Below are positions 1-8,961 of a DNA stretch of 64,000 nucleotides, piece after piece (the stretch's first letter is position 1; the number at the start of each line of letters is the position of its first letter). Made by a program: the position numbers and the translations under genes. The stretch spans positions 159,647 to 223,646 of the IMG/VR virus record IMGVR_UViG_3300042326_002445; one strand, written 5' to 3'. Below the pieces are notes generated by a model. The model was given only the letters and a program-made list of their open reading frames with translations, did no database searches and was not told where the DNA came from.

Positions 1-2
1 TG

Positions 3-347
3 TCTAAAATAGACAGCCAGGCTGATTTCAGGACTGCACTATCTATCAGTTCTGCAATTGGAGACTTTTATCTTCGTTCACCATCATGCATAGATATTGT
101 AGAACTGAGAGAAAAATTTAGACACATTTACGAGCAGTACTTGCTTGACAAAAGTGGAATGGTGTGTAAGATACACGATACCTACTTGGCACGAAACGTG
201 TTTAGCGGTACCGTACAAGACATGAAAAAATCTCTCCCTGTCTATTCTGCTGCTTGGTCAAATTATCTGGAAGAAGAAATTTTCTTGAAGGATAAGCCTA
301 AGAAAAACAGTATCAATATTTTAGATGAAGAGATGGAAATTTTCTGA
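3..347 (+). CDS. hypothetical protein, 5'-partial
   Basis: Frame is open from base 3 to the TGA at 345-347; track ORF 141..347 is its 3' part. Confidence 0.6.
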   Translation, partial: SKIDSQADFRTALSISSAIGDFYLRSPSCIDIVELREKFRHIYEQYLLDKSGMVCKIHDTYLARNVFSGTVQDMKKSLPVYSAAWSNYLEEEIFLKDKPKKNSINILDEEMEIF

Positions 348-1278
348 TCTTCTTCAAAAAACAAAACACATAAGCTATCTTACTCAAATGAGAGTTTCGT
401 CATATGCTCTTGCATCGCTGACAGCTCTCATTTTTTCATTTGGAGTTTCTTGTTCATCTGAATATACTTGCCACGATGCATGGAGCGAACAGGCAGGCAG
501 TCGAAGAATTGTGGACTTGTCCGTTGCCATGCATCGTGGCGAGACGGTTTCTTTGAAAATTGATATCTACTTTGAAGTTGTAGTCTGTGAAATTAGAGAC
601 ATTGATAAAAAGCTTATATTGTCAAGTCTTGATCCTGATTTGATTGACAAAGAGATTGATCTATTGAGATCTTCTTTTGCTCCAATGAATGTTGATTTTT
701 TTGTAAATGAAGTTCACCCATTAGTCGAAAAGATTTGCGTCAATAATGCATCAGATATTGAAAAAGTGCTTTCTGAAAAAATCACTGAAGTAATGAATAG
801 GGACGATGAAGCTTCTTGCGATCAGAAAGCAATGAATAATAAAAGATCTTGTAGTATTTTCTTCCAATTTTCGATTGGAAAAAATTACGCAGGCTTGAGC
901 AAGATGCCCTATTGGGAAAATTGTCGTGGCATCCGAATCTGTGGGCCATCTATCCATGACTACTTGCTTGCACATGAAATGGGACATTATTTTGGCCTTC
1001 AACATACCTTCATGGAAGGAGGAGATAACATCCCAGACACTCCAAATGGACCCATTCTTGAATCAAACATTGGAACATTAGAGGATCCTAACTTTCACAA
1101 TATTATGACTTATTCTCCCAATGGGGTAGAAAGACATTTTACAAAAGATCAAATGGAATATATGAGAAAATGCATCCTTGGATTCAGGTATGATGAAATG
1201 TACATGTACATTGACACAAATTGGAAAAATAAAAAAGTGTCTGAAATGGTAGAAGATGCAATCTTTAATATTAAGTAA
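325..1278 (+). CDS. M43 (pappalysin/ulilysin-like) zinc metalloprotease, possible lipoprotein
   Basis: HEMGHYFGLQH zinc motif and NIMTY Met-turn; hydrophobic stretch ending FGVSC after an ATG at 388. Confidence 0.75.
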   Translation: MKRWKFSDLLQKTKHISYLTQMRVSSYALASLTALIFSFGVSCSSEYTCHDAWSEQAGSRRIVDLSVAMHRGETVSLKIDIYFEVVVCEIRDIDKKLILSSLDPDLIDKEIDLLRSSFAPMNVDFFVNEVHPLVEKICVNNASDIEKVLSEKITEVMNRDDEASCDQKAMNNKRSCSIFFQFSIGKNYAGLSKMPYWENCRGIRICGPSIHDYLLAHEMGHYFGLQHTFMEGGDNIPDTPNGPILESNIGTLEDPNFHNIMTYSPNGVERHFTKDQMEYMRKCILGFRYDEMYMYIDTNWKNKKVSEMVEDAIFNIK

Positions 1279-1963
1279 CAATAGGCTTTGTCTTTGCAAT
1301 AAACTCTATGCACGTATCCATGATAGATTTATGGTTTTCTTTGCTAAGACAAAATGCTCTTGAAGAGCTTGCAAACATACCAGCATTTTTAGTATCCATA
1401 AACATTATGATTTGATTGTTGTTTTTTTGAGAAGAATTTATAAGCGCTTTGATGTACTCCTGTGTTTCTGACTCGTTGAGTCCACGGCAGCAATTATCAA
1501 TTAGCAAGCAGCAATTTTGTATGGTAGAATCATGCAGGTCTGCAAGAGGTATTGCAGCGCTTGTTGCTATCTCTCCAAAATAAAGGTCTTGATCAACCAC
1601 ATTGTGTCTTTCTCCTGGGTAGTACAATATGGCATTTTTAATAACTTTTTCTATAGATATCTTAGATTGAATGGCAATTTTATTGGTTAATTTGGATGGC
1701 AAGCCAAAAGATATTGGTTGCATATCATAAAAATTGCCCTCTACACTTATGTGTCTATCCAGTGTTGATTTTAAAATGCCATTTTCCCCATGGAACAGAT
1801 TCATCTGCCATGCGTCGGACAGTAATTTTGATAAATAAGTTTTACCTGAATTGTGATCTCCATAAATAGCAAATTCGTTATATGGATTTCCGTCTGGTTT
1901 ACTTAAATTTATGAATATATTTTTACCGTCTCGGTCTTTAAATTCAATTTTACTTATCTTCAT
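1271..1963 (-). CDS. P-loop NTPase-like protein
   Basis: Walker A GDHNSGKT; Walker B-like LLIDN. Confidence 0.55.
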   Translation of the reverse strand: MKISKIEFKDRDGKNIFINLSKPDGNPYNEFAIYGDHNSGKTYLSKLLSDAWQMNLFHGENGILKSTLDRHISVEGNFYDMQPISFGLPSKLTNKIAIQSKISIEKVIKNAILYYPGERHNVVDQDLYFGEIATSAAIPLADLHDSTIQNCCLLIDNCCRGLNESETQEYIKALINSSQKNNNQIIMFMDTKNAGMFASSSRAFCLSKENHKSIMDTCIEFIAKTKPIVT

Positions 1964-2339
1964 GGACTATGTGATTGCTTGGAACTACAACAACCATCTT
2001 TTTGAGGCTGTGTGGTTCTTTTGTCGTCACAATTCTTGTTTTCATTCCACTATCATCTTGCTTTTGAGAAACACCGTCAACAATGTTTCCACAAAAGTTC
2101 ATCTTAACTCTGTTTAAGATGTCTTCTTTTTTATTTTGTACTTTGAAAACTTTTCTTATATTTGCTGGAAAGATGTTATGGCTTTTTTCACTCTTGTCTT
2201 TGATTACAAGTATGTAGCCTTTAGTAGGGCTTGGGGCTATAGCTTGAAAGATTCCGGTCACAAAGTTGCCAAGTTCTGTTAAACCAGATATGTGCTTGTC
2301 TTTAAAGCCGTTTTCCAAACCTTTAAGGTACCAATTCAT
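1950..2339 (-). CDS. hypothetical protein with MNWY N-terminal motif
   Basis: 129 aa ORF starting MNWYLKG, like ORFs 16437..16838 and 46503..47030. Confidence 0.7.
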   Translation of the reverse strand: MNWYLKGLENGFKDKHISGLTELGNFVTGIFQAIAPSPTKGYILVIKDKSEKSHNIFPANIRKVFKVQNKKEDILNRVKMNFCGNIVDGVSQKQDDSGMKTRIVTTKEPHSLKKMVVVVPSNHIVHEDK

Positions 2340-2399
2340 GATTAATCATTCTTTCTATATTTTGTCGGATATGAGTGTCCTCATGGATATATATACAAG

Positions 2400-2897
2400 A
2401 TGGAAGAATTTTTTCCTATGAAAAAAAGACTGACTGAAATTGCCGTAAATTTAATGAACGCGCATTTTTCATCCATGATCCAAATGGATGGGCAGAAAAA
2501 GCATTGCAGCGCTATAGTCTACGACGGAGATGTCATAGCTGTTGGCTTTAACAGATACAGAACAAGTCAAATAGCATTTGAGTTTGGATATCAGTATGGC
2601 GAATATCACGCAGAACTGGACGCCTTAATCCAAGTGCATCACTTTATTAGAGATTTGGAGTACGATAAACTTTCTCTTGTTAACTTTAGGATTAACAGGT
2701 TTGCCAATATAGGCATTTCTAGGCCATGCTGTAAGTGCATGAAATGGGCAGATGGAGTATTCGGAACAATGGTATATACAGATGCTCATGGAGGTTTGGT
2801 TATGGAAAATAAAATGTCAAAAGAGCATTCTGTAATTCTCGATTCAGTTCAGTTGAGAAGAGAGCTTGGATGGAAGGATGGTGTATGTCATGCTTAA
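2400..2897 (+). CDS. zinc-dependent cytidine/dCMP deaminase-fold protein
   Basis: HAE and PCCKC zinc-binding motifs. Confidence 0.8.
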   Translation: MEEFFPMKKRLTEIAVNLMNAHFSSMIQMDGQKKHCSAIVYDGDVIAVGFNRYRTSQIAFEFGYQYGEYHAELDALIQVHHFIRDLEYDKLSLVNFRINRFANIGISRPCCKCMKWADGVFGTMVYTDAHGGLVMENKMSKEHSVILDSVQLRRELGWKDGVCHA

Positions 2898-3678
2898 GGA
2901 AAGAAAAAACAAATACGCATCTATGGTGTTTTCTCGTTCTGGGATTTGCAGCGATTTTGTCTCATGCTTCTCCAATAAAGAAAGCAATATTCTTTTGGCG
3001 TGCAGTGGTGGCCCAGATAGCGCTGCTATGATGGGAATTTCGAGAGTTTTACTTAATAGAGGCCTTGTTAAAAAGGTTGAGGTCGTTCATGTAAACCACA
3101 ACCTTAGAGAAGAGGCTTTGAATGATGCTGAGATGTGCGAGTCTCAAGCAGACATGTTTGATTTGCCATTTTTTTACTATGATATTTATCCTGGGCTTTT
3201 TGAAAAAAACACATATGAAGCTGGTAGAGAATTAAGATACCAGATCCTTCAGCACCATGCCCTCAAACATCATAGCGATGTGATCATGACGGCGCATCAT
3301 GCAGACGACATTGCCGAAACCGTTATGATGCATTTGGCAAGAGGATGTGGCATCAACGGTCTTTGTGGTGTCAGAGAAAGAAACTCTTCATTTGGACATG
3401 TTGATGTTGTAAGACCACTACTTAAGGTCAGAAAGAAAAAATTAGAAGAATTGTGCAATAAGGCTAATGTCCCTTATTGTATTGATAAATCTAACTTCAA
3501 TACAGAAAAGTCAAGAGCATATGTTAGGCACTCTGTAATTCCAGTTCTTGAAAAATTAAACCCAGCTTTTGTTGAACATGTTGTTAAAACAGCAATGTTC
3601 ATGCAAGACATTGTCGAGAAAGAATCATATGGGAAAAACAATAGAACCAAAAAGCATACTTCCAGTATTGACGGCTAA
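2866..3678 (+). CDS. tilS: tRNA(Ile)-lysidine synthetase (alternative start 2890)
   Basis: SGGPDS PP-loop, HVNHNLR, TAHHADDIAET, LARG, VVRPLL, DKSN, RAYVRH motifs; lacks the long C-terminal domains. Confidence 0.9.
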   Translation: MDGRMVYVMLKERKNKYASMVFSRSGICSDFVSCFSNKESNILLACSGGPDSAAMMGISRVLLNRGLVKKVEVVHVNHNLREEALNDAEMCESQADMFDLPFFYYDIYPGLFEKNTYEAGRELRYQILQHHALKHHSDVIMTAHHADDIAETVMMHLARGCGINGLCGVRERNSSFGHVDVVRPLLKVRKKKLEELCNKANVPYCIDKSNFNTEKSRAYVRHSVIPVLEKLNPAFVEHVVKTAMFMQDIVEKESYGKNNRTKKHTSSIDG

Positions 3679-3691
3679 TCAGGAGCAGATT

Positions 3692-4741
3692 ATGCATAAT
3701 AAATTTGAGCCAGATGTAAAACTTGATTTTTGTGATGTACTAATTTTGCCAAAATCTACTTCTGTAAGTAGCAGAAAAGAAGTCAATCTTGAAGTTCCAT
3801 TGAACTTCAGAAAAGCCGGTTTTTCTTTACCATGCGTTCCTGTGTGTGCATCCAATATGGACGGAGTGGGAACCATTTCGATGGGCAACAAGTTGGCATC
3901 ATACAAAATGATAACAACTTTAACAAAGTATACAACAGCTGGCGTTTTTGAGAAAGAAGACTATAAAAAATCAGATTACGTTTTTGGAACGTTTGGGTTA
4001 GATGATTACAGCAAATCTCTTATCCTCAACGAAAATATAGAAAATTACTTTTCTACTATTTGCCTTGATGTCGCAAATGGTTATATGGGCAAATTTTTAG
4101 ATTTTGTTAGTCTCGTTAGGGAGCGTTGGCCGCACATTGGTATACTCGCTGGCAATGTTGTCACCCCAGAGGGAGTTATCGATACCGCTCGTGCTGGTGC
4201 TGACTTTGTCAAAGTTGGCATAGGAAGTGGCTCAGTGTGCACAACACGGCGCGTTGCTGGCATAGGTTATCCTCAACTTTCAGCTCTTTTAGATTGTCGG
4301 ATTGCTGCTGAGGAAAGTGAATGCGGCATAGTTAGTGACGGCGGATGTGTTCATCCAGGGGACGTGTCTAAGGCTTTTGCCGCTGGCGCTGAGATCGTTC
4401 TGCTTGGTGGGATGCTCGCTGGTCATGACGAGGGCGCAGACGATGCAGTGGTCATTGACGATGGAGAAAAGAGAAGATTTATTTTCTCAGGATCTTCTTC
4501 TTCACGTGCTTTAAAAAAGATAGGAAATAATTCTAAGTACAGAACTTCGGAAGGAAGAGTTGTGCTTATGGAAGCTAAGGGTTCAGTTGAAGAAACTGTA
4601 AATCACATTTTGGGAGGCTTGCGTTCAACTTGTTCTTACACAAACTGTTTTGATCTTAAAGATTTGTATATGAATTCGAAATTCATTCGTGTCAATAGAC
4701 AACTTAATGAGTACTTCGAACATCACACAATAGGTGTTTAA
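3692..4741 (+). CDS. guaC: GMP reductase
   Basis: [46 protein letters not shown]; AGGAG RBS at 3681-3685 before ATG 3692. Confidence 0.92.
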   Translation: MHNKFEPDVKLDFCDVLILPKSTSVSSRKEVNLEVPLNFRKAGFSLPCVPVCASNMDGVGTISMGNKLASYKMITTLTKYTTAGVFEKEDYKKSDYVFGTFGLDDYSKSLILNENIENYFSTICLDVANGYMGKFLDFVSLVRERWPHIGILAGNVVTPEGVIDTARAGADFVKVGIGSGSVCTTRRVAGIGYPQLSALLDCRIAAEESECGIVSDGGCVHPGDVSKAFAAGAEIVLLGGMLAGHDEGADDAVVIDDGEKRRFIFSGSSSSRALKKIGNNSKYRTSEGRVVLMEAKGSVEETVNHILGGLRSTCSYTNCFDLKDLYMNSKFIRVNRQLNEYFEHHTIGV

Positions 4742-4841
4742 AGTGTCTACCTGTTTTGTGGTCACTCGTCTTACGCAAGGGATATATATAGGTGTGAAGC
4801 GTACTTTGTATGTCGCCTAAATTATCAAAAGGAGAAAAGAT

Positions 4842-5189
4842 ATGGAAGAAAGAGAAAAAGTAACGAATGGCGACATTGAGTTTGCCATGTTTTTAGCTGA
4901 TAGTGAAGACGTAAAAGAGCAGAAAAAAGAATTTCTTTTGCCAGGAAACATCTTTAAGATTTATGTTGAAACTTCTTATAACGATGATGAAGAGGGAGAA
5001 GAATTAGAAATCATTTACAATGTTTACACATGTGTAGATGGCATGTATTTTCCAATTGGCGTTTTCAAGAGTAAAAAAGAAGCTTTAAAATTTGCAAGAA
5101 ATTCATGCATTCAGCTCGAGAAGACGTTAAAGCAGAGAATGATTGATTGTGTCTCCAATCCCCCAAAGAAGGAAAAAGACTATGAATAA
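4842..5189 (+). CDS. acidic hypothetical protein
   Basis: 115 aa ORF with AGGAG RBS. Confidence 0.75.
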   Translation: MEEREKVTNGDIEFAMFLADSEDVKEQKKEFLLPGNIFKIYVETSYNDDEEGEELEIIYNVYTCVDGMYFPIGVFKSKKEALKFARNSCIQLEKTLKQRMIDCVSNPPKKEKDYE

Positions 5190-5346
5190 GACCGGAAGAA
5201 GAATGCTTAAAGTTAAGAAGAAGCGTAAGGAAAGAATCAAGGCAAAGCGCCAGCAGGCAATTACGCAGGCTCAGATGGAGAAAGAAGCAAGATCGCGTCG
5301 CCGCAAGGGGCTGACCAGTCAGTCTGGCAAGTCTGCGACAGGATGA
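5182..5346 (+). CDS. small very basic protein
   Basis: K/R-rich MNKTGRRMLKVKKKRKER; ATG overlaps the end of the previous gene. Confidence 0.6.
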   Translation: MNKTGRRMLKVKKKRKERIKAKRQQAITQAQMEKEARSRRRKGLTSQSGKSATG

Positions 5347-5795
5347 ATAGCTGATTGTGGTATAAACCATGCTTTTGGCCTCTCGTTATATGTCTTCATC
5401 TCATGAGCATATCTCTCTGAGCCTTTAAGCCAGCCAGCAATCCTGTATTTACAGCCGCTCCCGACTACAAGAACATATATCTTGTGGTCGGGATCGTCTT
5501 TTCTAAGTATTAAATCAAAATGATCTTCTCTTGCGGTTCTTACTTCGTATTTTTTAACGTCTGGAGATGACTTAAAAGTATTAGCTGTAAGCTTATCCTC
5601 AACGCCCAAAAACTTTTTAAAAGCGACTTCTCCTCTAGCTCCTAAAAGATGATAATCTAAGTTTTTTAAACTAGAAGCACCGTGCTTATCGTGGAGCCCA
5701 AGTTCTTTAACTCCTTCCATTCTTTTTTCAGCTATCTGACAAGCTTCTTGTAGGTCTTTTAGGTTCAAAACTACAGTATTTTCTTCTTTACCCAC
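5319..5795 (-). CDS. hypothetical protein, possible PD-(D/E)xK-like fold
   Basis: GEVAF...PDV..YEVRT pattern. Confidence 0.45.
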   Translation of the reverse strand: MGKEENTVVLNLKDLQEACQIAEKRMEGVKELGLHDKHGASSLKNLDYHLLGARGEVAFKKFLGVEDKLTANTFKSSPDVKKYEVRTAREDHFDLILRKDDPDHKIYVLVVGSGCKYRIAGWLKGSERYAHEMKTYNERPKAWFIPQSAIHPVADLPD

Positions 5796-5823
5796 TTGAC
5801 ACTCCTATCGTACACGCTATGAT
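5796..5823 (+). promoter_or_regulatory. sigma70-like promoter, predicted leaderless transcript
   Basis: TTGACA 5796-5801, 16-nt spacer, TATGAT 5818-5823; ATG at 5830 is 7 nt after the -10. Confidence 0.75.
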
Positions 5824-5829
5824 ACTGGC

Positions 5830-6063
5830 ATGAATCAGCTAGAGTCAATGCGTAAGATGTTATCGACAAAGTCTCAGGTCTGGGTGCGCTACAATCCAAA
5901 AGGAAGGGCTCCCCATCAGTCTAGGGCTAGGCTGCTTGAGCTACATGATTCTTATGCTTTGGTAAAACCAATCAAGCACGGAGGTCGTGTAGAAAAAGTG
6001 CCACTAAATACGATAAAGCTATGGCATAGTATGAATAATAAAATGAACAGTTTAAATGCGTAG
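5830..6063 (+). CDS. hypothetical protein
   Basis: 77 aa ORF directly behind the promoter. Confidence 0.7.
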   Translation: MNQLESMRKMLSTKSQVWVRYNPKGRAPHQSRARLLELHDSYALVKPIKHGGRVEKVPLNTIKLWHSMNNKMNSLNA

Positions 6064-6925
6064 AAACAAGCCTTGGATATTTTTAAACAAATCAGCTAAG
6101 TTATCTAACTCAAATTTTGAGTTAGGTTTTTGGCAAACTAATTTCATACAATTTACCCATATCTGTTTAGTTGATGAATCAACAGATAGCTTTAGCGAAA
6201 ATAACATTCATACAAGCATAGCAAGATTAGTTAATTCTAAAGATGCGAGTATGTTTAATTTTTTATGCTCCTTTCATTTTGGTGAATCTAAATTTCCACA
6301 AAATTCTTTTGAATTTTTTAAAATTAAAGATATTAAAAGAATTTGCGTTATAGTGAGTGACAAAATAAATGAAAGTCTTTACAGAGAAATATTGCTTGGG
6401 TTTTTTGACTTTATATTAGTTGATGAAGTAAGTGATCATTTTGGCGTAACTAATGTTATAAGAAACATTAATCCATTCGTAAAAATTTTTGTGTATAAGA
6501 ATTCAAGTTTAGATTTATTAGATCCAGTAAATAATAATTATAATATTATTGTGAATAGTTCATCAAAAAATGATGTAGTTTTAAAGAATCAAATTAAACA
6601 ACTTAATCTGAATGGGATTGAATGCGGTATAGAATGTTTAGAAAACTATCCAGTACACAAATCTTCAAATGGATGGATAGTCCTCCCGCAAATGAGAGAC
6701 AATAATGAGATTATAAGAAAATCAATTATTTTATATTCAAGTGGAGAAAAAGTGTTCGTTCCACAAGAAATATTTGATAATTTTCACTACGGGATACCTT
6801 ATAAATCTTTTAGAGAGATAAATGATTTGTCGATATATAATAAGTCAGATGACAAATGTGTTTTTGAATGTATTGCGCCATCAGATTTTGTAATAAAAAT
6901 ACTTTCTATTATTCATGGGAGTTAG
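6056..6925 (+). CDS. hypothetical protein, possibly a degenerate GT-B glycosyltransferase
   Basis: 289 aa; occupies the same position relative to 6915..7808 as the GT4 gene does relative to 42419..43231; no clear catalytic motifs. Confidence 0.4.
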   Translation: MRRNKPWIFLNKSAKLSNSNFELGFWQTNFIQFTHICLVDESTDSFSENNIHTSIARLVNSKDASMFNFLCSFHFGESKFPQNSFEFFKIKDIKRICVIVSDKINESLYREILLGFFDFILVDEVSDHFGVTNVIRNINPFVKIFVYKNSSLDLLDPVNNNYNIIVNSSSKNDVVLKNQIKQLNLNGIECGIECLENYPVHKSSNGWIVLPQMRDNNEIIRKSIILYSSGEKVFVPQEIFDNFHYGIPYKSFREINDLSIYNKSDDKCVFECIAPSDFVIKILSIIHGS

Positions 6926-7808
6926 TATGAGAGAGATAATTTGGTCAGTTTGTAGTGGAGACTCATGTTTGGCATTGCAGGGCTTTGTGCGTTCTTTAAG
7001 AGCTGCTGGTAATCAAAATGAATTTGTAGTATGGTCAGATTTTGAAATTGCAGGAGCTACAAGCATTCCAATCGATCAATCAATCAAGCTTGACTTTTTT
7101 GGAATGTGGAAGTTTGAATACCTTTCAAAACTTCACTCAATGCATCCAGATGCTCTTTTAGCATATTTTGGTCCTAATCATTATATGGTTTACAATTTTA
7201 CTAACTCTTTGAGTGAGTTGATGGGCGATGAACATTGTTTATCATTCTTAGAATCTAATTTGATGGGCGACAACTTGCAAAGACAAGAGTGGAATGAAAT
7301 AAATGTTCTTCAATTTTCTGACGCTGTAAGAAGCTTTGGCAATCTTTCTAATGATTGTTACAATCTAAACGCAAACCATTTTATGGTTCGTCCAAATTTT
7401 GTAAATGACTTTTACTCTATGACTAAGCTTGCTTCTGATCACTTAAGAAAAAGAAATATGAAAGTAAATGATGAACTTGTTCTTTCTGTCATAATGAATA
7501 CAAATATGCAAGATAAAAATAAGTATTTAATTTCAAATAATTCAGATACATACGGGATAGATGTGACTGGAGTGTTTACAGATAAACTTCCAGACGGCAC
7601 AGCATGGACATCGGAAGACTATTTTACTGGAGTAAAGTCTCAGGTCAATCCTAAACTTATATTCTGCCCTTTTAATAAGCACAATATAAAAAATATAGGT
7701 AGACAGCATCTTGGCAAGAGAATATCTAATATTGCTACTGGTCAGCCCGTAAATAAGGGCTGCGGAGCATGTCAGCGCTCAAAGCCTCCAGTCAAAGAGG
7801 TGCAGTGA
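6915..7808 (+). CDS. GT-A-like protein, paralog of 42419..43231, DxD absent, C-terminal GCGAC
   Basis: IIWSV...WKFEYL shared with the 42419 ORF; FGPNHY aligns with IDSDHY. Confidence 0.65.
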   Translation: MGVSMREIIWSVCSGDSCLALQGFVRSLRAAGNQNEFVVWSDFEIAGATSIPIDQSIKLDFFGMWKFEYLSKLHSMHPDALLAYFGPNHYMVYNFTNSLSELMGDEHCLSFLESNLMGDNLQRQEWNEINVLQFSDAVRSFGNLSNDCYNLNANHFMVRPNFVNDFYSMTKLASDHLRKRNMKVNDELVLSVIMNTNMQDKNKYLISNNSDTYGIDVTGVFTDKLPDGTAWTSEDYFTGVKSQVNPKLIFCPFNKHNIKNIGRQHLGKRISNIATGQPVNKGCGACQRSKPPVKEVQ

Positions 7809-7848
7809 TAAGAAAATTGGTATTATCTTGTAATAGGAGAATGACTAT

Positions 7849-8208
7849 ATGCTTATTAAAAGTTTTCTTACAATACAAAACCAATTAAGAATTTTACACT
7901 GGCAAACAACTTCATATGCCCAGCACAAGGCCCTTGGGTCTGCTTACGAAGACCTAGATGAACTTGTAGACGACTTTATTGAGATATTTGCTGGTGGCGA
8001 TAGGTCTATCTTGGAGGTAGGATCTTTTGAGTGTAAGTGTCACTCAATTGATTCCATATCTCCCTTAGACTTTATGAGTAGTGTAGAGAAGTTTGTTTCT
8101 GAAAGTCTTTCTGACGCTATCCCAGAGCATCGTTCCGATCTTCACAACATTAAAGATGAGATGCTGGCTGTGGTTAACAAAACTAAGTATTTGCTCAATT
8201 TAAAATAA
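7849..8208 (+). CDS. ferritin/Dps-like four-helix protein
   Basis: QLRILHWQTTSYAQHKALG..YE.L..LVD.FIE pattern of the phage Dps-like family. Confidence 0.7.
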   Translation: MLIKSFLTIQNQLRILHWQTTSYAQHKALGSAYEDLDELVDDFIEIFAGGDRSILEVGSFECKCHSIDSISPLDFMSSVEKFVSESLSDAIPEHRSDLHNIKDEMLAVVNKTKYLLNLK

Positions 8209-8306
8209 TTTATGTGCATAGAACGAGAAAACAACGAAAATTTACCAAGAGATTTTGCTATTCCGGTCATTGACAGCCACTCTTCGGATATAGATATAGA
8301 AGACTA

Positions 8307-8393
8307 GGACAGATGTCCGAGTGGTTGAAGGAGCAGCATTGGAAATGCTGTTTACGGGAAACCGTAACGTGGGTTCGAATCCCACTCTGTCCG
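8307..8393 (+). tRNA. tRNA-Ser (anticodon GGA)
   Basis: Acceptor GGACAGA/TCTGTCC, anticodon arm CAGCA-TTGGAAA-TGCTG, long variable arm, GTTCGAAT T-loop, G73; no encoded CCA. Confidence 0.95.
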
Positions 8394-8406
8394 CTATGGA
8401 GTTTCT

Positions 8407-8610
8407 ATGACCAGGAAAAGTACGATTTCTGCTTTATCAAAACTGGAAGTTCATTTGGTTGATAAAAGTGACTATCAAATTAATTCCGATGAACTTTATT
8501 TTTTGCCCATTCCAGATGAAATTATTAATAATTTAAAATGGAATGATGGAGATGAATTGAAAATGTCTATCAAAGATGGTAAAATTATATTAGTTAAAAA
8601 TAAGGTATAA
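8407..8610 (+). CDS. AbrB/MazE/SpoVT-family DNA-binding protein
   Basis: LPIPDEIINNLKWNDGDELKMSIKDGKIILVK. Confidence 0.75.
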   Translation: MTRKSTISALSKLEVHLVDKSDYQINSDELYFLPIPDEIINNLKWNDGDELKMSIKDGKIILVKNKV

Positions 8611-8634
8611 GTCTGCTGCTATAGAATTAATAGT

Positions 8635-8961
8635 ATGCGCAGGATTTTTAGTTTAATAAAAGATTTTGTAAAAACAGCATCAACGTCTCATTCTGTTTCT
8701 AGATTCCAATCAGCAGTTTTAAAATCTGGCAAATCTAGTTCCTCAAGAAAAAGCTTAGAGGTTAAGCTGCACTACAAGCGCTCATCTGAATTAGTGTCAG
8801 TAGACGTTGACGAATATACGAAGTCTGGGCATAAACATCGCAAGTATGAACTAGAAAACATATCGCCAAGCAATTTTTCTAGATTAGAAAAAATGATATC
8901 AAAAGGCCAATGGGGAATGTTTTTTGCGGTAGTTAACAAACACAGGGTTAAAGAAGACTAA
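8635..8961 (+). CDS. hypothetical protein
   Basis: 108 aa ORF; N-terminal FVKTAS. Confidence 0.7.
   Translation: MRRIFSLIKDFVKTASTSHSVSRFQSAVLKSGKSSSSRKSLEVKLHYKRSSELVSVDVDEYTKSGHKHRKYELENISPSNFSRLEKMISKGQWGMFFAVVNKHRVKED

Noticed and set aside
8407-8961. MazEF-type toxin-antitoxin pair
   Set aside because: The gene after the AbrB-like ORF shows no MazF, VapC or other toxin motif I can recognise
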